Below, in pieces: positions 56,905-64,000 of a stretch of 64,000 nucleotides of DNA; position 1 is the stretch's first letter, and the number at the start of each line of letters is the position of its first letter. Position numbers and translations under genes: made by a program. Below the pieces are notes generated by a model. It searched no databases. It was not told where the DNA came from and worked only from the letters and a program-made list of their open reading frames with translations. Source of the stretch: Octopus vulgaris (taxonomy: Eukaryota); the NCBI GenBank assembly GCA_951406725.2, contig OX597821.1, positions 100,750,001-100,814,000 of the forward strand. Reading direction: 5' to 3'.

Positions 56905-57050
56905 CGTTTCTTTCTGTGTTCCTTTCTGTGGAAGAGCGTAGGCTCGAAACGTTAAAGACTTTTTTCACTTCCCGAGCGTTAAACTAATACATCTATTTGT
57001 TGTCTACACCACTTGTTTTCGTCTTTTGCTTTTTTTGTGAATTCTCCCCC
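56905..57050 (+). mobile_element. Penelope-like terminal repeat fragment with HHR-like motif (56922-56957)
   Basis: cttt-CTGTGGA-a-gagc gtag gctc-GAAA-cg-TT-aaag; homologous to 47186-47430. Confidence 0.55.
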
Positions 57051-57146
57051 TATATATGTGTATGTGTGTGTGTGTGTGTGTGTCTGTGTGTGTGTGTGTG
57101 CGTGCGTGCGTGTGTGTGCGTGTGTGTGCGTGTGTGTGTATGTATG

Positions 57147-57236
<90 letters not shown>

Positions 57237-57987
57237 AATGTGTAAAGTTTTGTCTATATCAATGTACGTGTGTATGGAACTAAACAAATATGAATCGTAA
57301 TAAGAAGAAATAATATCAGGTTACGAATTATACAAATTTTAACATATGACCTTCAGTGAATATTAATTTCTTTCACTGTTTTCATATCTCTTCCAATCTA
57401 TATATTCATACTCATGTATGATTTCTTCCATATAAATGTATACTCGTAAACATACCTACACACACACACACAAAACACCTGTGCGCACATATATGTATGC
57501 AAACGGTGATTGCTCCATCTTCACAGATGGTTGTCGTGTTTTTGTGATTCCTCGCTATTATTAGCATTTCTGATTTTCCGTCCATGACCTCTGAAATTAC
57601 TGTTCTATCTCGCTGCTTTCAAACTGTGCGCTTCCAACTGGTTTTATGTACGTCATCGCTTCCATAGCCATAGGACTTTTCAGTAGACAGAATGACAAAT
57701 AATAAATGAGTTCGCCGCGAAGAGGTATCTGTACATTACTGGATTATAGTGATATATGCATATATATATATTTATATATACAGTATATCTAGTGGGACAT
57801 GCCCTTCTTCATGCTTGTACCTGATGTGACACAAACTGCAAAAATTGATGTAGCACAATTAGATGCACAAAACCTTACCAGCAAGGACAGTTTCAGGATG
57901 CGTCGAAACAATCTGAATAAAGACTAGTGCTAAATCCGTCTTCTGTTTCTTTCATCGGTTATTATTATTCATCTATACATAAACTAG

Positions 57988-58392
57988 GGGTAGGTGTAGC
58001 TGCGTGATAAGAAGCTTGCTTTCCAACCACATGGCCCTGGGTTCAGTCCTACTACGTGACACCTTGGACAAGTGTCTTCTACTATAACCTCAGGCCGACC
58101 AAAGCCTTGTGAGATGTTTTCGTAGATGGAAACTGAAAGAAACCCGTCGTATATATATATGCGTGTGTGTGTGTGTGTTTGTCCTCCCTACCACCACCAT
58201 CGCTGGACAACCGATGCTGGTGTGTTTCCGTCCACGTAACTTAACGGTTCGGTAAAAGAACCCGATAGAATATGTATTGGGCTGACAAAGAATAAGTCCT
58301 AAGGTCGATTTCTTCGACTACTAAGCCCTGTAAGGTGATGCTCCGGCATGGCCGCGGTCAAATAACTGAAACAAGTAAAACAATAAAAGAAT
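57988..58392 (+). mobile_element. SINE family A
   Basis: Full head, body and tail match to the exemplar. Confidence 0.9.
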
Positions 58393-58414
58393 ATACATTT
58401 TAAAATGTGTATGC

Positions 58415-58479
<65 letters not shown>

Positions 58480-58769
58480 CGTGTGTGTTCATTATATCAA
58501 AAGTTGAAAGTCTTCTCGCAGTTTCGACCGGGCTGGATGGTCCACGACTGAAGAAAGAAAAAAATTCTATGCAATTTATCTAAGGGTATGCTGACCTAGG
58601 AATGTGTGCGTTGATGGGGTGATAAGTGGCTTTGAAAACTATCCACTCAACCCTGTTCTATATCAGATAAGATATGATACATTTTTATATATTTTTACAA
58701 CTATTACATTACGATTGCAGCGTGGAAGATGTTTGTAAGCCATTCAAGAACACAAAAAAAAAAAACCCA

Positions 58770-58935
58770 TTTCTTTACTACCCCCAAGGGATTAAACACA
58801 GAGGGGACAAACAAGGACAGACATAGGTATTAAGTCGATTACATCGACTCCAGTGCGTAACTGATACTTAATTTATCGACCCCAAAAGGATGAAAGGCAA
58901 AGTCGACCTCGGCGGAATTTGAACTCAGAACGTAA
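58770..58935 (-). mobile_element. SINE family B, 5'-truncated
   Basis: ggatgaaaggcaaagtcgacctcggcggaatttgaactcagaacg. Confidence 0.88.
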
Positions 58936-59393
58936 TGTATATATATATGTATGTATGTATGCATGTATGTATGCATGTATGTATGCTTGTATGTATATGT
59001 GTACATGCACATGCATGCATATACGCATACATGTATGTATGTATGTCATTATTCAGTTTATTTCAAGATTTCTTGCCAATAGAGAAAGAACCAGTTCCTT
59101 CATTGAAATTTCAACATCAACAACAGGGTATTTTTGAGGGGTATTTTTGCTTGTATATATATGTATATATGTATGCGCAAATTTGTAAGTTTTATGTATA
59201 TATTCTCATGCATATAGTTATATATCTAGATATGCTCATATATATCTAAATGATAAACTCCTGGAAAGTTTTGCAGATTTTTACAGTTCCAGTGATGGAT
59301 TGGATCTGTAGTCTTCAAATTAGCTTTCTCGCGTGCACGCACAAACACACACACATACACTTATATGTATAAATGTACACTATTTTAAATTGA

Positions 59394-59434
<41 letters not shown>

Positions 59435-59481
59435 TCCCGGGTTGAGTCGGGGTTAACCACAGTAAATAAGGTACTCAATTG

Positions 59482-59532
59482 AGCTTCCTGATGATTTCTT
59501 TTGAATGAAACAGTTCTAGTCCTGTAGAAGCT
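59482..59532 (+). ncRNA. Type I hammerhead ribozyme motif (site after A59526)
   Basis: agcttc-CTGATGA-tttc tttt gaat-GAAA-cag ttctagtc ctg-TA-gaagct. Stem I is a perfect 6 bp, the triplet is GUA and the first stem II pair is U-U. Confidence 0.78.
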
Positions 59533-59561
59533 ACTTCTATAAAATAAATATATATATATAT

Positions 59562-59798
<237 letters not shown>

Positions 59799-59882
59799 AA
59801 TACGTTGTCTACTAACTTTTTATATATGCTAGGCCACTGGTGGTAAAATTTCTAAGAATATTCGCCATCCTATATATTTACG

Positions 59883-59941
<59 letters not shown>

Positions 59942-60405
59942 CAGACATAAATAGATAGATAAATACATACATACATACATACGTACATACATACATACAT
60001 ACATACATACATACATACATACATACATACATACAAGTACACATAAACATGTCTAGATTTTATTTTCAAATTTCGCAACTTTTAAACAAATCAAAGGAAA
60101 TTATTTCTTCACTTCTCGCCTGTACAGAAAGAGGTTACTAATTTGATTATAGATAGTTGTCATCTCTTCCTTGGTGTAGTGGCCATGGCAGCGTGATTAC
60201 ATACTTGCACTGGATTCTTTCCACCCTTTGCTGTCTACGGGGTATTTTACCCACTATTTTATGCGTTATCATTTATTTGCAACTTTATTTGAATTCGCTT
60301 TTCTTAAAAGGATTTATTTTCAAATTTCCTGATGCTTCGAACAAACGAAAATAAGCACACATACATTCAAACACAGATATATACATATGTGTTTGTGAGA
60401 GTGTG

Positions 60406-60459
<54 letters not shown>

Positions 60460-60472
60460 CATGCATATATGC

Positions 60473-60510
<38 letters not shown>

Positions 60511-60511
60511 G

Positions 60512-60558
<47 letters not shown>

Positions 60559-61307
60559 GTATATACATATATATATATATACATATATATATATACGTAT
60601 ATATTTGTACATATATATATATATGTACATACACATATATACATATATATATATACATAAATACATATGTGTATGTGTGTGTGCGCGTGTGTGTGTGTGT
60701 GCGTGTGTGTGCGTGTGTGCGTGTGTGTATGGTGTTATAGAAAGAAATTGCAGCCAATATTAAATCTCCGGTGGATTTCGAAAGTTACTAAATTATCAGC
60801 TAAAAATGAAATTGATTTTCTCTTCACCACTCTTGGAGAAGTCCCGGCATCAAAGCTCTCCGAAGAAGTTTAACCATGCAACAAACATATTTCCAATAAA
60901 TGGCCGAATTCTTTCCCGTAAATGAAATAATCTGAGATAACTAAGCAGTAAATTTTATGGAATTGCCGTTTGGGGTTGAAGTACAGCAAATTAAAATACA
61001 TTAAAAGGGAATATCTAAAGGGTTATGATGATAGGGAAGAGCATTTTAGCGAGATTTCTTGTGGTTGAAAGAGAAGTATCTAATCCCAATAATTTCCTAT
61101 CTTTAAGCCCGAGATTTCTTATTGGCAAGGATAATGTAATGACAAGAATAAATCAATGACTTGCTTGAGATATGTAAGCTTTGCAAAATAAATCCAGGGC
61201 CTCATTTTTTTTTTTTTTTTGCCGAATGAAAGTAAAGAAGTTATTGGGTAAGAAGGAATGTTTATCTTCATTCAGAAGACTAGTAATAAAAAACAAAGTT
61301 AATAAAT

Positions 61308-61747
61308 GGCGCAAGAGTGGCTGTGTGGTAAGAAGCTAGCTTACCAACCACATGGTTCCGGGTTCATTCCCACTGCGGGGCACCTTGGGCAAGTGTCTTC
61401 TACTATAGCCTAGGGCCGATCAAAGCCTTGTGAGTGGATTTGGTAGACGGAAACTGAAAGAAGCCCGTCGTATATATGCATATATACATATATATATGTA
61501 TGTATGTGTGTGTATGTTTGTGTGTTTGTGTTTGCCCCCCCCCCCCCCCAACATCGCTTGAGAAACCGATGGTGGTGTGTTTGCGTCCCCGTACCTAGCG
61601 GTTCGGCAAAAGAGACCGATAGAATAAGTACTAGGCTTACAAAAAGTTAGTCCTGGGGTCGATTTGCTCGACTAAAGTCGGTGCTCCAGCATGGCCGCAG
61701 TCAAAATGACTGAAACGAGTAAAAGAGTAAAAAGAGTAAAAGAGTAA
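61308..61747 (+). mobile_element. tRNA-derived SINE family A, best-preserved exemplar
   Basis: A box tggctgtgtggt, B box ggttcattccc, body, internal (TA)/(TG) tract after aagcccgtcg and (AAAAGAGT)n tail; more than 12 copies or fragments in the window. Confidence 0.92.
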
Positions 61748-61756
61748 ATGAATCTA

Positions 61757-61970
61757 AGGCGGCGAGCTGGCAGAATCGTTAGCACGCCGGATAAAATACT
61801 TAACGGCATTTCGTCCGTCATTATATTCTGAGTTCAAATTCTACCGAGGTCGACTTTGCCTTTCATCCTTTCGGGATCGATGAAATCAATACCAATTGAG
61901 CATTGTAGTCGGTGTACTCGGCCTACCCCTCCCCTGAACTTGCTAGCCTGCTGTGAAAAGTTGGAACCAT
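61757..61970 (+). mobile_element. SINE family B
   Basis: ggcggcgagctggcagaatcgttagcacgccgg...gagttcaaattc...gtcgactttgcctttcatcctttcgg. Confidence 0.9.
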
Positions 61971-64000
61971 TATATGAAAGCAGCTTGCGCAGGAGCAGAT
62001 GAAGGTGCTTTTATTGGTTGTTCCAGATTCTTGGAACGGCAGTCTTTCTTTTAATCTAGAACCCCACATCATCTTAAAAAATAAAGGACACATTAAATAC
62101 CGTATTCCTTGATCACCATCCTACTAAAAATGAAATACCCATGGTCAGAATGGTCCTTATAATAGATTGAACCATTCTAACTTGATTCGAACTGACTGGA
62201 ACTATACAACAACAACTAACATGCAAAGAAGCAACGGAAATAAATATATAAGGTAATTAGTCATTTTTGGGTTTTTTGTTTTTTTTAGATTCAGACTAAG
62301 GTCAAGGATATGATGACCTCCCGATATTGTCTTTAAACTATGGAGCTAACATTTTCTGCAATTGTCATGCATGTGAGCACTGTATACAATAATTACATAT
62401 TTTCTGCTATTGTACTGCATGTAAGCACTGTAGACAATAATCGTCTTAAAACTATGGAAGGATATTCAACCAAAAACTGTTGGTTTTTCATCCTTGGATT
62501 GATAGAAATATGCAGTGTTTCCAAGAAAACTATTGCATTTCACGTCATAAGAAGCAGAAGACCAAAATATTTGTTAGTAAATCAGTGCCTGACATATCTA
62601 TGATATATTATTATGATACGTCATATAATAAACGAAACATCTTTTACGTTTCAAGAAAACCTATTTTCTGTATTTCTGAATTTCAGAAGAAGAAAAAACG
62701 CAGCCAAAATACTGGTGTTTTTCCCTATTTGTATTTTAGTCATTTTGAATGTTATCGGAATTATGCGAAAAATATTTTTTCTTCGTAGTGTTTTATGGAG
62801 TTTTGTAGTAGTTTTATTCTTCCTCTACATCTTATTGTTTATAGTTTTTGAAATTTGTATAAATTCTATCTCTTTTCAGACATGTGAGGTTGGCGTGCGA
62901 AATAGAAAAAGAAACGAACGAATTTATCTCACAACCTTGTAGCTGCTGGCAATGTTATTATATGTAACAAATCCCATGCAATGAAACGCGGTTAGTTTTA
63001 TCATCGTATTATCGAATTTGCCTGAAGGAAATAAATACGTTTGTAATCTTTAGGCAAGTAGACGACACTGAAATATTCAAACAGGATTAGATGTGCAAAT
63101 CGTACCACAAGATACCAGTGTAATATTTACAACTGGTTGAGAAAAAACAGTATTACATTCAGCTCCTAACATAAAGTAAGTTTTGCTGATGTTTCATGCA
63201 AAGATCCAAGTGAAAACGAAATGATTTAAATCACTGGGTTTGGATGAGACTCAAGGGCGAAAAAAAACATGATAAAACTTGTATAGCTTGTATCAACTTT
63301 CTGGCACACACGTGTAGAAAACTATCGAAGTTATAGGAACATTCTAGATTGCAGATTCATCAGAGGTATTCACTATGTAGAAAGAGTTGTTCTTAATACA
63401 AATGTGTTATCTCTCACAGCGCTGAACTGCCATTGCCACAGGCAAAAAATATATATCCTGAAAAGATAGCGAATATCTATCAGTGAGAAAATGATATCAG
63501 CTTAAGATCTAAATAAATGGAAACCGAGAAACTAAATTCTCTAAAATACATAACATTGAGATAAACCAGCATGTATATTCAGAAAAAAAAAGAGAGAATG
63601 AGTGAAAACCTGGACAAAATATCTAATGTCAGTAACCGGACATCAACAGACGATAATTGCAGGACATCCTCTATTGACGTATTAAATTCCAACGCAAGAG
63701 GTGATCACAGACCAACTATCAATATAAATATCAACAACAGCTCTGTAAGATCGGGTGATAAAGTATAATAAACTGGCTTAACCCAAAATAGCTATAAAAA
63801 TGACAACAGAACGAAGTCGTAAAGAAAAAATTCATAGATACTCAGTAGAGAGCCGCAGGTCTCGAAGTAACTTTACGGTTCGAAAGACTTAAATTACTGT
63901 CGTGTGATTTGTAAAGAAAAGATTTGCAGCCGTATAAAAATGCAACAGAATTTACTCTGGGTGAGTTAAGAAAGTGTTATAATCCACATACACGAATATA

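Noticed and set aside
56705-56968. 87-aa minus-strand ORF with non-repetitive sequence
   Set aside because: It starts inside a Penelope-like repeat, has no recognisable domain and has no splice support.

Overview
AT-rich, microsatellite-saturated eukaryotic non-coding DNA. The SINE families and the (TA)n/(TATG)n/(TAGA)n load suggest an octopus or other cephalopod genome; this is inferred, not searched. No host protein-coding gene can be supported, and nearly all ORF-track entries are translated microsatellites. The window is a mosaic of three or four tRNA-derived SINE families, decayed DNA transposons (two mariners, Tc1, maT-like), CR1-group and L1/Tx1 LINE fragments, one complete non-autonomous Helitron, Helentron-type elements, fold-back MITEs, minisatellites and two ~1.6-kb near-perfect palindromes. 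The most notable signal is a set of type I hammerhead ribozyme (HHR) motifs. A 491-bp tandem repeat (10164-11283) carries one intact HHR per complete unit with an unusually long G-U-rich stem II, making it a candidate retrozyme or circular-RNA producer. A 1.56-kb palindrome carries two outward-facing HHRs. Three further unrelated minimal HHRs and two variant-core HHR-like motifs are dispersed. All pairings were worked out by eye; no search or folding program was run.
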